A stretch of 61,065 nucleotides of DNA, counting the filler, from Chthonomonadaceae bacterium (GTDB lineage Bacteria; Armatimonadota; Chthonomonadetes; Chthonomonadales; Chthonomonadaceae), in the NCBI GenBank assembly GCA_035650735.1. It is 3 parts of 3 records of this genome, joined end to end, with 100 filler letters (N's around TTAATTAATTAA, not from the genome) between each part and the next. Parts side by side here need not be neighbours in the genome. Positions count along the whole stretch, not along the records: positions 1 to 21,704 come from DASRGZ010000145.1; 2 more parts are not named here. The stretch is one strand, 5' to 3'. This document shows, piece by piece, positions 1 to 9,173 of the stretch; positions within the stretch are counted from its first letter, which is position 1; each line of letters begins with the position of its first letter. Below the pieces are notes generated by a model. That model made no database searches. It was not told the DNA's origin and saw only the letters and a list, made by a program, of their open reading frames with translations. The position numbers and the translations under genes are program-made.

Positions 1-180
1 CAGTCGCAAGGCAGAGGCGCGAGTGTCGCCAGGCGGAGATCGCCAGGCAGAGCCGCGAACCGTTGAGCGGCGTCCCTGGCAGTCGAGCGTGCGTAGTTCC
101 GACCCTAGCAGTCGTAGCGCCGTCCCTTGCAGTCGCTTGGCGGCAAAGCCGCCCCCCAGCCGGGTACTTTAGTGCCCGGC
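1..180. repeat. Composite REP-like repeat cluster (family B plus family D palindrome)
   Basis: gccgcgaaccgttgagcggcgtccct (52-77) and cgtcccttgcagtcgcttgg (121-140) recur as reverse complement at 21665-21704; hairpin ccgggtactttagtgcccgg (160-179) resembles 21490-21510. Confidence 0.8.
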
Positions 181-230
181 ACTATTGCTAGCTGGTTTGC
201 GTCGGGTCGTGCAAGATTGGCGCAGGCGTA

Positions 231-259
231 TTGACATTCTCGGTTGACCTTGTTATGAT
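231..259 (+). promoter_or_regulatory. Sigma70 promoter
   Basis: TTGACA (231-236), 17-bp spacer, TG-n-TATGAT extended -10 (254-259). Confidence 0.7.
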
Positions 260-361
260 AAGGCGGCTCGCATACCGAGGGTGGCACAGGCGAGAGCGGC
301 CCGATGTCCTCCCGGAACGGACGCGGCCAGAATCCAATTCCCATCAGGGAGCCAGGCGATT

Positions 362-580
362 ATGTCTTCCCGCCAGAACCCAACATCCAAGACGAACCTG
401 CCCGTCTCCCAGGCCGATCCACAAGCCGCGCAGCCCTGCTGCCAGACGGGTTATCTCTCCCAAACGCCCGGCGAGGTGCGCTGCCCGGTCTGCTATCACC
501 TCATCCCGCCGGAACATATCGGCTACAAGCTTCATTGCCGCCGCTGCGGCTATCTGGAAAGCTGCTGCAATCCCATCTGA
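362..580 (+). CDS. Small Cys-rich zinc-ribbon-like protein (72 aa)
   Basis: GGAG RBS before ATG 362; CPVC...KLHCRRCGYLESCC; near-consensus promoter upstream. Confidence 0.6.
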   Translation: MSSRQNPTSKTNLPVSQADPQAAQPCCQTGYLSQTPGEVRCPVCYHLIPPEHIGYKLHCRRCGYLESCCNPI

Positions 581-1130
581 GCCGCCACGCAGCGTTTGTT
601 CGCCGTTTATCGAGAGGGAGAACCTGTCAGAGGCTTCCGCGCTGTGGCTCGGGGGCGACCTGTCGGCCAAAGAAAGCCGCCGCAAAGACCTTGAAATTGG
701 TTGCCCTGTTTCTATTTATCTGGGTTTATGGTAAAATACCGCCTTGAAGCTAAAAGGAAATCGCGTTGCGCCGATGGGGCAGGATAGGCCCGCAGGCACA
801 ACGTAGAGATTGCAACACAAGCAAGCGCGCCTGCCAGGGGGCCTGTCTTGCGCTCTGGTACCACCGGCAAGCCCGGCTCCGGCGCGTGAAACGCCGCCGA
901 GCCGCTGTGCGTAGTCTGAGTAGGGCGAGACGCCCGCGCCCACAGGCGGCAAGAGGCCATCGGTCTTTTCGCCTGGAAGGCTCTCGTCTGCCCGATCACT
1001 CCATTCCCGAAGCAGAGATGCGCGCCGCGCTGTCGTTCCTTGCAGATTCCGAGTTTCAGGCAGCGTTCACTTTCCGGCCTATTGTCCCATTGCCGCCCGC
1101 GCATCCTGCTGGAAAGCGAGAATCAGTATC

Positions 1131-1898
1131 GTGATGTCGCTGTTTACCCAGATCGCCTCTGGTCTCTGCTTGGTTATTTACGGTAGCTTCTTCGAGTGGT
1201 TCTGGCACAAATACTGGATGCATACGCCGCGCCCGCCGCGTGAAGCGTTTCGCGGGCACACCCTGGTGCATCATGTCCTCTACCGCGGCGACGATAGCTA
1301 CTACCTGCCGGACGGCGAAGACCCCAAGCATATCCTGCTCAAACCCTACGCTCTTCCGCTCATCTTTCTGTTTCACTTGCCGGCCATTCTGGCGATAGAT
1401 CGGTTCGTCGTGCCCCATACTGCCATCGGCGCAATGGTCGCCATCGTCCTCTACTTTGTGGTCTATGAGTACATGCACTGGAACATGCACGTGCCGCGCG
1501 GCCACCTGGTAGAGCGTTTTCGCTGGTTTCAGTTCCTCCGCGAGCACCACCTCTTGCACCACCGCTTCATGCAGAGGAACTTCTGCGTCCTATTTCCCCT
1601 GGCGGATTGGGTGTTCGGCACACTGGTTACCGAAAAGAGCCTGGCGCACCGCCGCGCCCTGCGCGAGCAGGCGATTGCCAACGGGATGCCCATCAACGAA
1701 ACCGAGCCGCGAAGCCGACGCTTTAAGCGCCTGGAGCTCAACCGCCGCGAGAGACGCAGCAAACCGGCAGGCCGCTCCGAAAAGTCGCTCCTGACGCTCC
1801 GATTTCTGAAATCCGAGGCGCTGCGGATACACGCGATGCGCGAGCAGCGGCAGGCCCGTAAGACCGTTCAGGCGGCGGAAAGCCGCACCGAGCGGTAA
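1131..1898 (+). CDS. Fatty acid hydroxylase / sterol desaturase family membrane di-iron enzyme
   Basis: His boxes HKYWMH, HTLVHH, HWNMH, HLLHH, plus NFCVLFPLADWVFGT; TM helices. Confidence 0.85.
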   Translation: MMSLFTQIASGLCLVIYGSFFEWFWHKYWMHTPRPPREAFRGHTLVHHVLYRGDDSYYLPDGEDPKHILLKPYALPLIFLFHLPAILAIDRFVVPHTAIGAMVAIVLYFVVYEYMHWNMHVPRGHLVERFRWFQFLREHHLLHHRFMQRNFCVLFPLADWVFGTLVTEKSLAHRRALREQAIANGMPINETEPRSRRFKRLELNRRERRSKPAGRSEKSLLTLRFLKSEALRIHAMREQRQARKTVQAAESRTER

Positions 1899-1941
1899 AA
1901 CCGAACCCCGCATCCCCCTGACTCAGCCCTCGGATCATCCG

Positions 1942-1973
1942 GAGGAGGAACACGGCTCGTTCCTCCTCTTTTT
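1942..1973 (+). terminator. Rho-independent terminator
   Basis: gaggaggaac / gttcctcctc 10-bp stem followed by a T run. Confidence 0.7.
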
Positions 1974-1984
1974 GATTTGCCGCC

Positions 1985-3769
1985 ATGACCTCTGCCGAGA
2001 GATTGACCGCTGCGCCGCCGCTGGACGACCGCCGCCAGCGCCAGATCGCGCTTGCCATCGCGGTTCTGGCCGTAGCCGTGCGCCTCTGGATGTCCCAAGC
2101 GACGCATTCGACCGGTGAAGATTTTCTCATCACCCTGCGCTACGCAGAAAATATCGCCGCCGGACGCGGCTTTGTCTATAATCCGGGCGAGCGTGTCCTG
2201 GGCACGACCACGCCGCTCTATACGCTGCTGCTTGCCGGTGCTGCCTGGCTGGGCCTGAACGCGGCGCTGGTGGGCAAAGCCGTCAATATCCTCGCCGATG
2301 GCGTGACCTGCTTTCTGTTGGCGCGTCTGTTGGCTCGCCGCGAGATTGGGCAGCCGATAGCGGGGCTGTTCGCCGCGCTGCTCTACGCTCTAAGTTCGAC
2401 GCCCATTAACATCAGCATTGGCGGGATGGAGACGGGACTGGTGACGTGCGTGGGAATGGCCGCTATCCTGGCCTACGTTGCCCGCAACGCCACCGCGCTG
2501 TATTTGCTGGGCGCAACCCTCTTTCTGCTGCGCATTGATGGCCTGTTGCTCTTTGCGATCCTGGCGGGCGGGCTGATCTGGCAGGAGCGGCGCCTTCCCT
2601 GGCGCGCTATCGGCCTCGGACTGCTTCTCGCGCTGCCCTGGCTGATCTTTGCCTTTCTCTACTTCGGCTCCCCCATCCCCACCTCGCTCGTCGCCAAGCT
2701 CACCGTCTACGCGCGCGGCGTGGAGACTTCCCGCCATCTCATTTTGGAAGCCTTCGCTACCCAGTTCTGGACGGGCCTTGTGCAGCGGATTCTCACGCTG
2801 CTATTCCTGTTCGGGATGGTATCGGTGGCTTTGCCTAACCGCCCGGCTCCCGCAGCCCGCACCTCAGAAGACCTCACCCGCGGCCCCTCTCCTTCGCAAG
2901 GAGAGGGAAGAGGCCCTCACCCCCTGACCCCCTCTCCCACGCTGCGGGAGAGGGGGAACGGAGAAGCCGGGTCACCCCCTTCCCTCGCAGGGAAGGGGGA
3001 CGGGGGGTTAGGTCAAAAGCAGAGGGGAAATGGAGAAGCCAGCATGGCCACTGCCCGCGTAGGCGGGCAGCGGGCCGCAGGCCCCACAGCGGCAGGGTTT
3101 AGCCTGCCGCTAGGGAGGTTAGGTTTCCCCCTCCTCTGGCTGCTGATCTACTACGGCGCGATGTTCGTCTCGCGGGTGCCGCCGTTCGCCTGGTACTTCC
3201 TGCCGCCCTGGCCGCTGTTTCTGGGCATTGCGGCGCTGGGCGGGAGCTGGCTGGCCGCGCTGATGGGGCAGAGACTGCCTGCCGCCACCAGAACACGCCT
3301 GCGCCCGGCCTGGCTGGTAGGATTGGCGGCGTGCGGCCTCTTCGGGCTGGCGCACCTGCGCTCGGTGCGCGCCGACATCGCCAAAACGCAGTGGCAGGAA
3401 GACACGCTGCGCGTGCCGATAGGCCGCTGGCTGCACGCCCACGCCCGCCCCGATGAGCGTATCCTGCTGGAGCCTATCGGCTACGTCGGCTACTACTCCC
3501 AGCGCCCGATCCTGGACATGATCGGCCTGGTCTCCCCGGAGGTCTTTGTCTCCTATCGCACGCCCGGCTATCTGGCCGACATGGTACGCCGCTTCCGGCC
3601 CGCATGGCTGTGCCTGCGTCCCCATGAAGTGACGACGCTTCGCCGGCAAGACCCCTCCCTGCCCGACGCGCAATACACCTATGTCCGCGAGTTCCACGTG
3701 CCGGGCCGTCCTCCTGACTTCCTGCTCTATCACATCCGGCAGGATTTTCCCCATGAAATAGCGCAATAA
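1985..3769 (+). CDS. Polytopic membrane glycosyltransferase-like protein (GT-C fold) with in-frame repeat insertion
   Basis: EDFLITLRYAENIAAGRGFVYNPGERVLGTTTPLYTLL, GGMET, LLRIDG and IGYVGYYS..ILDMIGLVSP motifs; many TM segments. Confidence 0.8.
   Translation: MTSAERLTAAPPLDDRRQRQIALAIAVLAVAVRLWMSQATHSTGEDFLITLRYAENIAAGRGFVYNPGERVLGTTTPLYTLLLAGAAWLGLNAALVGKAVNILADGVTCFLLARLLARREIGQPIAGLFAALLYALSSTPINISIGGMETGLVTCVGMAAILAYVARNATALYLLGATLFLLRIDGLLLFAILAGGLIWQERRLPWRAIGLGLLLALPWLIFAFLYFGSPIPTSLVAKLTVYARGVETSRHLILEAFATQFWTGLVQRILTLLFLFGMVSVALPNRPAPAARTSEDLTRGPSPSQGEGRGPHPLTPSPTLRERGNGEAGSPPSLAGKGDGGLGQKQRGNGEASMATARVGGQRAAGPTAAGFSLPLGRLGFPLLWLLIYYGAMFVSRVPPFAWYFLPPWPLFLGIAALGGSWLAALMGQRLPAATRTRLRPAWLVGLAACGLFGLAHLRSVRADIAKTQWQEDTLRVPIGRWLHAHARPDERILLEPIGYVGYYSQRPILDMIGLVSPEVFVSYRTPGYLADMVRRFRPAWLCLRPHEVTTLRRQDPSLPDAQYTYVREFHVPGRPPDFLLYHIRQDFPHEIAQ
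2871..3122. repeat. Composite palindromic repeat inside a coding sequence
   Basis: ccctctcc/ggagaggg hairpins, ctgcccgcgtaggcgggcag (3051-3070) and agcggcagggtttagcctgccgct (3088-3111); the same units are intergenic elsewhere in the window. Confidence 0.8.
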
Positions 3770-3804
3770 TCAAGAAATACTGCCACGCATGGGAGGAGCG
3801 TGCT

Positions 3805-4884
3805 ATGAGCGAACTGAATTTCGACCTGCTGAAACGGCTGTGCGAAACGCCGGGTATCAGCAGCCATGAAGACACGATGCGCCGGCTGGTCGCCGAAGAA
3901 CTCAGGCCCCTGGTGGATACCCTGGACGCCGATGTGATGGGCAACGTCATCGGGATCAAGAAGGGCGTGACGGAGGGCCCGCGCGTGATGATCGCAGCGC
4001 ATATGGATGAGATCGGCTTCCGCGTGCGCCACATAGACGACAAAGGCTTCGTGCGCCTGCTGCCCGTCGGCGGCTGGGATGCGCGCGTAATGGTCGCGCA
4101 GCGGGTCTGGGTGCACGGCTTCGCGGGCAACTCCCTGCGCGGCGTCCTGATGCCCGCCGCCAAGCCCATCCACCTGCTGACCCAGGAGGATATGAATAAG
4201 CCGCCCAAGATCGAGGAGTTCTACGTAGACCTGGGCCTCTCCGCCGATGAGGTCAAAGCGCAGGTCGAGCCGGGCGACATGGTCACGATGGATAGGACGA
4301 CCGAGCGCGTCGGCCACACGGTGGTCAGCAAGTCGCTAGACAACCGCATCAGCGTCTTCGTGATGATCGAGGCGCTGCGCCTGCTGCAAGGCAAAACGCT
4401 CAAGGCGAATATCCTGGCGACGGCTACCACGCAGGAGGAGGTTGGGTTGCGGGGAGCGACCACCGCCGCCTACGCGCTCCAGCCGGACATCGGCCTCGCC
4501 ATTGACGTGACGCTCGCCAACGATTTCCCCGGCACCACCGACCATGAGCAAGTAACCCGCCTGGGCAACGGCGTGGCGATCAAAATCTCCGACTCCTCCC
4601 TGATCTGCCATCCCAAGCTGGTCCGCCACTTCCGCGACGTCGCGGAGGCGAAAGGCATCAAGTACCAGCTTGAGCTCCTGCCGCGCGGCGGCACGGACGC
4701 GGGCGGCATTCAACGCAGCCGTGGCGGCGTGCCCAGTTTCACCCTCTCCGTTCCCACGCGCTACGTCCATACGGTGGACGAGATGGCGCACGTGGAGGAC
4801 ATTCAGGGAGCCATTTCGCTGCTCGCGGCCTATCTGGAGGAGGCGCACACCCGTCAATATGGCTACGCCGACGACATCAAATAG
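3805..4884 (+). CDS. M42 family metallopeptidase
   Basis: AAHMDEIG, SLDNR, QEEVGLRGA, IDVT, GGTDAG, RYVHT motifs. Confidence 0.92.
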   Translation: MSELNFDLLKRLCETPGISSHEDTMRRLVAEELRPLVDTLDADVMGNVIGIKKGVTEGPRVMIAAHMDEIGFRVRHIDDKGFVRLLPVGGWDARVMVAQRVWVHGFAGNSLRGVLMPAAKPIHLLTQEDMNKPPKIEEFYVDLGLSADEVKAQVEPGDMVTMDRTTERVGHTVVSKSLDNRISVFVMIEALRLLQGKTLKANILATATTQEEVGLRGATTAAYALQPDIGLAIDVTLANDFPGTTDHEQVTRLGNGVAIKISDSSLICHPKLVRHFRDVAEAKGIKYQLELLPRGGTDAGGIQRSRGGVPSFTLSVPTRYVHTVDEMAHVEDIQGAISLLAAYLEEAHTRQYGYADDIK

Positions 4885-5081
4885 AGCGTCCTCTCCATAG
4901 TGGCAGCTACATTAACGGCGCATCCTGCCATGAGCAATCCCGGCTTCTGCCCTGGCCTTACAAGGTCGGGGCGTTGTTTTGCTTCTACGAATGGACCGTC
5001 CCGGACATTTCCCTGACGGCTGGATAGCCGAACGCGAACGGCGAAAGGGAGGACGTCCGCCCGATAAAGGAGGCATGACGG

Positions 5082-6191
5082 ATGCAATGGATACTGGTTG
5101 CCATAGCGCTCATTCTGTTTGTCGCGGCTCTGCCTGGCGCGGGTGCATCGGCCCCTTCAGGAGCACAGGACGCCAAGCCGCCTTACCCGCCCAGTCCGGT
5201 TATCGCAGGCATCACCTGGCATTGGGATACCTATCGGACGGCGGCTCCGGGCAGCGACCTCTGGCCCGTCACCTGGGCTGTGGACGACAACCTCTATACG
5301 GCCTGGGGGGACGGCGGGGGCTTCGGCGGCACAGATTCGGAGGGACGTGTGGCGATGGGTTTCGCACGGATTCAAGGCCCGCCGGAGCGTTTCCTCGGCA
5401 TAAACGTCAATGGGGGAATGAATCCGGAGCATCCTGCCTCCTTCCCGGAGCGAGGCAAAACCGGGGGAATCCTGGCGGCAGGCGGGACGCTCTATGCCTG
5501 GGTGAATCTGCAAGACGGCGACTGGCCCCATGTAGACGTGGGGTTGGTATGGTCCCGGGATAGAGGAGCGACCTGGCAGCATAGTTCCTGGGTCTTCCCC
5601 AAAGGCGCGGGCCATTTCAAACCGTCCACCTTCCTGAATTTTGGCAGGGACTATTCCGGCGTGCCGGGCCACCTGAAGGGCTTTGCCTACTTTTACGGAC
5701 AGCGGCAAGGACAAGAGACGGAGATTTTTATGGGCCGCGTCCCTGTCCATAGGATGCAAGAGCGCGACGCCTATGAGTTCCTCTCCGGTTTCGTGAACAA
5801 CCAGCCTGTCTGGTCGCCTGACGCGAGCAAGCTGTACCCTATCTTCACGGATGCCCGCGGGTGCGCCGACCTGGCCGGAGCGGTCTATAACCCCGGTCTG
5901 CAGCGGTATCTGCTGACCAGCTTCCACAAAGGTCCCGGTCAGTTGGGCCTCTTCGATGGGCCGGAGCCCTGGGGGCCGTGGACAACGGTGGCTTACTATG
6001 AGGATTGGGGGCACATGGGCGCTGCTGGAGAAGGGCTGACCTGTAGCTTCCCGCAGAAGTGGCTGAGCGCGGACGGGCGGACCGCCTGGTGCGTCTTTAG
6101 CGTCTACGGCGGCGGCGCCAAACAGGGGATCAACGCCCACGACAGGTTCAACCTGGTGCAAGCCACCTTCACGCTGCGCAGCCTGCCATGA
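5082..6191 (+). CDS. Secreted beta-propeller glycoside hydrolase-like protein (DUF4185-like)
   Basis: Signal peptide; GSDLWPVTW..DDNLYTAWGDGGGF, SRDRGATW (BNR box), PEPWGPW, FPQKWLS. Confidence 0.7.
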   Translation: MQWILVAIALILFVAALPGAGASAPSGAQDAKPPYPPSPVIAGITWHWDTYRTAAPGSDLWPVTWAVDDNLYTAWGDGGGFGGTDSEGRVAMGFARIQGPPERFLGINVNGGMNPEHPASFPERGKTGGILAAGGTLYAWVNLQDGDWPHVDVGLVWSRDRGATWQHSSWVFPKGAGHFKPSTFLNFGRDYSGVPGHLKGFAYFYGQRQGQETEIFMGRVPVHRMQERDAYEFLSGFVNNQPVWSPDASKLYPIFTDARGCADLAGAVYNPGLQRYLLTSFHKGPGQLGLFDGPEPWGPWTTVAYYEDWGHMGAAGEGLTCSFPQKWLSADGRTAWCVFSVYGGGAKQGINAHDRFNLVQATFTLRSLP

Positions 6192-7389
6192 TGTCGCGTA
6201 ATAGCGACGCCCACCACCAGATAAAGAACAGCCAGAGGGGCAGCCCTATAAGGATCAGCATGTGGACATGGTGCGGGTTCATATTGGTCGCCCAGAACAG
6301 GGGCGTGTGCGTGCGTCGGAGAAAATCGAAGTACTCGCCGTTGAACGGGGAAAAGAGATAGACGGTCGCGATGTTGAGGGTAGCAAGCACCGTGAAGAGC
6401 CGGAACCGCGCCCAATCGGCCAGCAACGCCAGAGGGACAACCCATTCCAGGTATTGCAGCCCAAAGCCCGGCGTAAAGACGTAGAAGGTCAGCACGCCCA
6501 GACAGGCCACCTGCGCCAGGCTTCCGCGCCGCCAGGTCAGGAAGTAGACAACCAGCCACGCCGCCCACAGGACTACCAGGACTAACTGCGCCAGCCATTC
6601 GCCGGTCGGCTGGGGCAGGAAGGAGGCGGGGATCGTCAGCCCCCACATGCCGTGGCGACCGCGGTAGAGGATCACGTTGTGCAGGATGGGGTCGGGATCG
6701 TCCAGGTAGAGCAGGAGCAGGCTGAGCGCCGTCGGCGCAACGGCGAGGAGGGCATACTGGAGTTGGCGGCGCGCGGGGCGCAGTTGGCGCAGGAACGCCG
6801 GCAGCAGAAAGAGCGGCCAGAATTTCGCCAGCCCGCCGAGCGCGAGCCAGAGGGCCGAGCGCACTTGCGCCTTGCGCGAGGCCGTCTGACTTCCCGCCAT
6901 CACCGCCAGCGTGGTAAAGAGGGCGGGCAGCGATTCAAACTGGCCTTGCAGGGCGCAGGTGGCGATGGGGATCGGGTTGAGCGCGTACCAGAGCGCCCGC
7001 TTAAAGGCGCCCACCGCCGCCGACTCACGGCTCAGAAACCAGAAGTAGAGCGCCAGGGTCAGCGCGGCGTCGGCGCAAATGGGAATGAGCTTGACGGCAA
7101 AATAGCTAGGCAGGCCGTAGATCGTCTGCATCCGCCCGACGTAGATCAGCAGCAGGGGCCATAGGGGCGGCCAATTCAGCTTGCCGGTCTGGTAGGGGTT
7201 GTGGCCCAACTGCCACTCCCGGGCGACCAGTTCCCAGGCCCCGACATCAAAGGAGCCGTAGACCAGATAGGCGGGCACGAGCCGCACGGTCAGGCTCAGC
7301 GCCAGCAGCGCCAGCGCACAGCGCCCGCCCTCGCCGCGCAGCATGGGAAAGCGCTCCAGGAAACTTCTGCCCGAACCGTCCTGCTCCAT
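6169..7389 (-). CDS. Membrane glycosyltransferase, GT87/PIG-M-like (GT-C)
   Basis: LNWPPLW, ALNPIPI..CALQGQFES, KFWPLFLLP, QYLEW; multiple TM helices. Confidence 0.75.
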   Translation of the reverse strand: MEQDGSGRSFLERFPMLRGEGGRCALALLALSLTVRLVPAYLVYGSFDVGAWELVAREWQLGHNPYQTGKLNWPPLWPLLLIYVGRMQTIYGLPSYFAVKLIPICADAALTLALYFWFLSRESAAVGAFKRALWYALNPIPIATCALQGQFESLPALFTTLAVMAGSQTASRKAQVRSALWLALGGLAKFWPLFLLPAFLRQLRPARRQLQYALLAVAPTALSLLLLYLDDPDPILHNVILYRGRHGMWGLTIPASFLPQPTGEWLAQLVLVVLWAAWLVVYFLTWRRGSLAQVACLGVLTFYVFTPGFGLQYLEWVVPLALLADWARFRLFTVLATLNIATVYLFSPFNGEYFDFLRRTHTPLFWATNMNPHHVHMLILIGLPLWLFFIWWWASLLRDIMAGCAA

Positions 7390-7475
7390 TGCGCCCCTTA
7401 GGCTCCTTAGCTTCCCTCCGCAACAATTACCGCTCCCCTGACCTCACCCGCAGGAAAGCACTTCCCGCCGACCGC

Positions 7476-7859
7476 TCAGGCGAGCGTAATCTGCCCGGAA
7501 CGGAAGTCTATGGTCAAAGTCTGCCCTCGAAAGAAATCCAGACCGAGCAGACCATCTATGGCCGCGCTGGGCGGCAGCGTATGGCAGAGCACCGGAAAGC
7601 TGATCCGTTCCTGCCCTAGCGCCGCTATTTTATCCAGAGCGAGGCGCGGGACGTATACTACCCCGCTGACTGTTGTTACTTGAACGCGCTGCGGGGCAAG
7701 CGCTGGATCGTAGCCGAGTTGCATCAGACGGGCTGTATTTATTATGGTAGAGGTTGCGCCGGTATCAACCGCAAGTTGCAGGACACCATTCCCGCCAGGT
7801 CCCCATAACTCCGCTTGAATAACAATGGGGCCTCGATGTGGATTGAATGGAAATCTCAT
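7476..7859 (-). CDS. Clan AA (retropepsin-like) aspartic protease
   Basis: VDTGATST catalytic motif and DGLLGLDFF motif; 127 aa. Confidence 0.85.
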   Translation of the reverse strand: MRFPFNPHRGPIVIQAELWGPGGNGVLQLAVDTGATSTIINTARLMQLGYDPALAPQRVQVTTVSGVVYVPRLALDKIAALGQERISFPVLCHTLPPSAAIDGLLGLDFFRGQTLTIDFRSGQITLA

Positions 7860-8083
7860 AGCACGACAGCCATATCATCCGGAATCGTGCCTGTGTACAA
7901 TACCGCGAAGCGTTTGGGACGCAGTTCAATCGCTTTGCGATCAAACTCCGCTCGATCTTTACTGTGCCAGAGTACCTTGCCGCCCAGCACTTCGTTATAT
8001 TCGTTCGTCTTCGGGTCTTCTATCAAAACCCACTCCGAGTCGAACCGGGACTTGATTTCGTCAATGCTCAGCACGTCGCTCAT
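7856..8083 (-). CDS. Small hypothetical protein coupled to the aspartic protease (DUF5678-like)
   Basis: 75 aa, EWVLIE..GKVLWHSKDR; 4-nt ATGA overlap with the protease. Confidence 0.7.
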   Translation of the reverse strand: MSDVLSIDEIKSRFDSEWVLIEDPKTNEYNEVLGGKVLWHSKDRAEFDRKAIELRPKRFAVLYTGTIPDDMAVVL

Positions 8084-8238
8084 GGCCCTATCCTCCGAAG
8101 GCGCTCTTTGCACGCCTTGCTATAAGGGCATTATACCACGCTGCGAGCAGGCATAGCGATTGCTCTTCATGGCGAGAATACGTTCACCATTCACGCCTGT
8201 GTATGCGCAAACAGAATAGCAACGAGAGCGGTCGCGCG

Positions 8239-8574
8239 CTACTCATAGCGTGGTATCCGCTCGGCCAGGTAAGCCCGGTTTTGCGTGAAAACGGGCGGCG
8301 CTTCGACCTCCCAGAAGGCGCGCTCTACCTCGACCGTCTGCCTCTCTCCAGTCTGGCGATGCGTATATTCGACGGTGACGCGCCGCGTCTTCTTCACGAC
8401 CGTGCGGCCCCGCTTGCATCCTGCCGGGTAGTCGTTCCAGTTGATGCCTTTCTGCCAGAACATCTCCTGCATCTGGTCGGCGCTTTTGCTTTGCAGTTCG
8501 GCGTGCGGGTAGGCCGCCTGCGCCGCCATTGAGATGCTGTTGCGCGTCGCATCTTGCTGCCTCCAGATGGCGAA
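8239..8574 (-). pseudogene. C-terminal fragment of a tRNA(His) guanylyltransferase Thg1-like protein
   Basis: WRQQDATRNSISMAAQ...QEMFWQKGINWNDYP.GCKRG matches the Thg1 C-terminal half; N-terminal catalytic region absent. Confidence 0.75.
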
Positions 8575-8736
8575 ACAAAAAGTTTCGGTATATTGCCGAA
8601 AATTAGCGGCATCAACAGGACGCTGGGATGCTTCCTGTGTTTTGTTCCGAGAAGCAAGAGTTCCTAGAGGCAAGATATGAAGTAAGTTCTCACGGGGCAA
8701 GAGGGGGTAAGCCTTGAGCCTCCGATTGGCAGGTCC

Positions 8737-8799
8737 TACGTCGGCGGGCGAGAGACAGACAACCTCTGTATAGCGGGTGAAGTCAGCGGTGTTACAGGT
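8737..8799 (-). pseudogene. C-terminal remnant of a PIN/VapC toxin
   Basis: TCNTADFTRYTEVVCLSPADV directly after the antitoxin stop, resembling the T.N..DF.RY.....P end of PIN proteins. Confidence 0.55.
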
Positions 8800-9042
8800 T
8801 CATGGCATTTCTTCATCAAGATGTTCCCGGCGCAACGCTTCTGCCGGAATATCCAACCCATGAATGGCCCGTGTCAGCAGACGTTCTAGAGCCTGACTCT
8901 TACGCGCTCGGGTTGCTGAGGCCGGAGTTTCTTCTGGCACGACTTTGAGCTCTATCTCCAGCGGTTGGTCAACAGGTAAATCCACCGGCTCATCCGGCAC
9001 AATCACTTTACCAGCATAGTGTGCGCGAATCGTAACGGACAT
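8800..9042 (-). CDS. Antitoxin-like protein (AF2212/DUF104-like)
   Basis: MSVTIRAHYAGKVIVPDEPVDLP N-terminus and ALRREHL C-terminus; GGTGAGG RBS. Confidence 0.7.
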   Translation of the reverse strand: MSVTIRAHYAGKVIVPDEPVDLPVDQPLEIELKVVPEETPASATRARKSQALERLLTRAIHGLDIPAEALRREHLDEEMP

Positions 9043-9173
9043 AAGCCTCACCTTCATTGGCATTATACCGTTCCGTTTCCCTCACGAAAAGCAAAACAGG
9101 CAGGAGTCAGGCCGCTCGTCGCGAACTCTACGGCAGCGTACAATGTCACTGGCAGCAACGGAGGCAAGGAAGG

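Noticed and set aside
362..580. Cys-rich peptide as RiPP precursor for the SPASM radical SAM enzyme
   Set aside because: 16 kb apart with unrelated genes between; paired CxxC motifs fit a zinc ribbon better; no transporter or RRE evident
766..1134. 122-aa ORF in the leader region
   Set aside because: Arg-rich low-information translation, TTG start, no family motifs
5010..5050. Hammerhead ribozyme (ctgacgg...gaa)
   Set aside because: Core deviates from CUGANGA/GAAA and stems I and III cannot be formed properly
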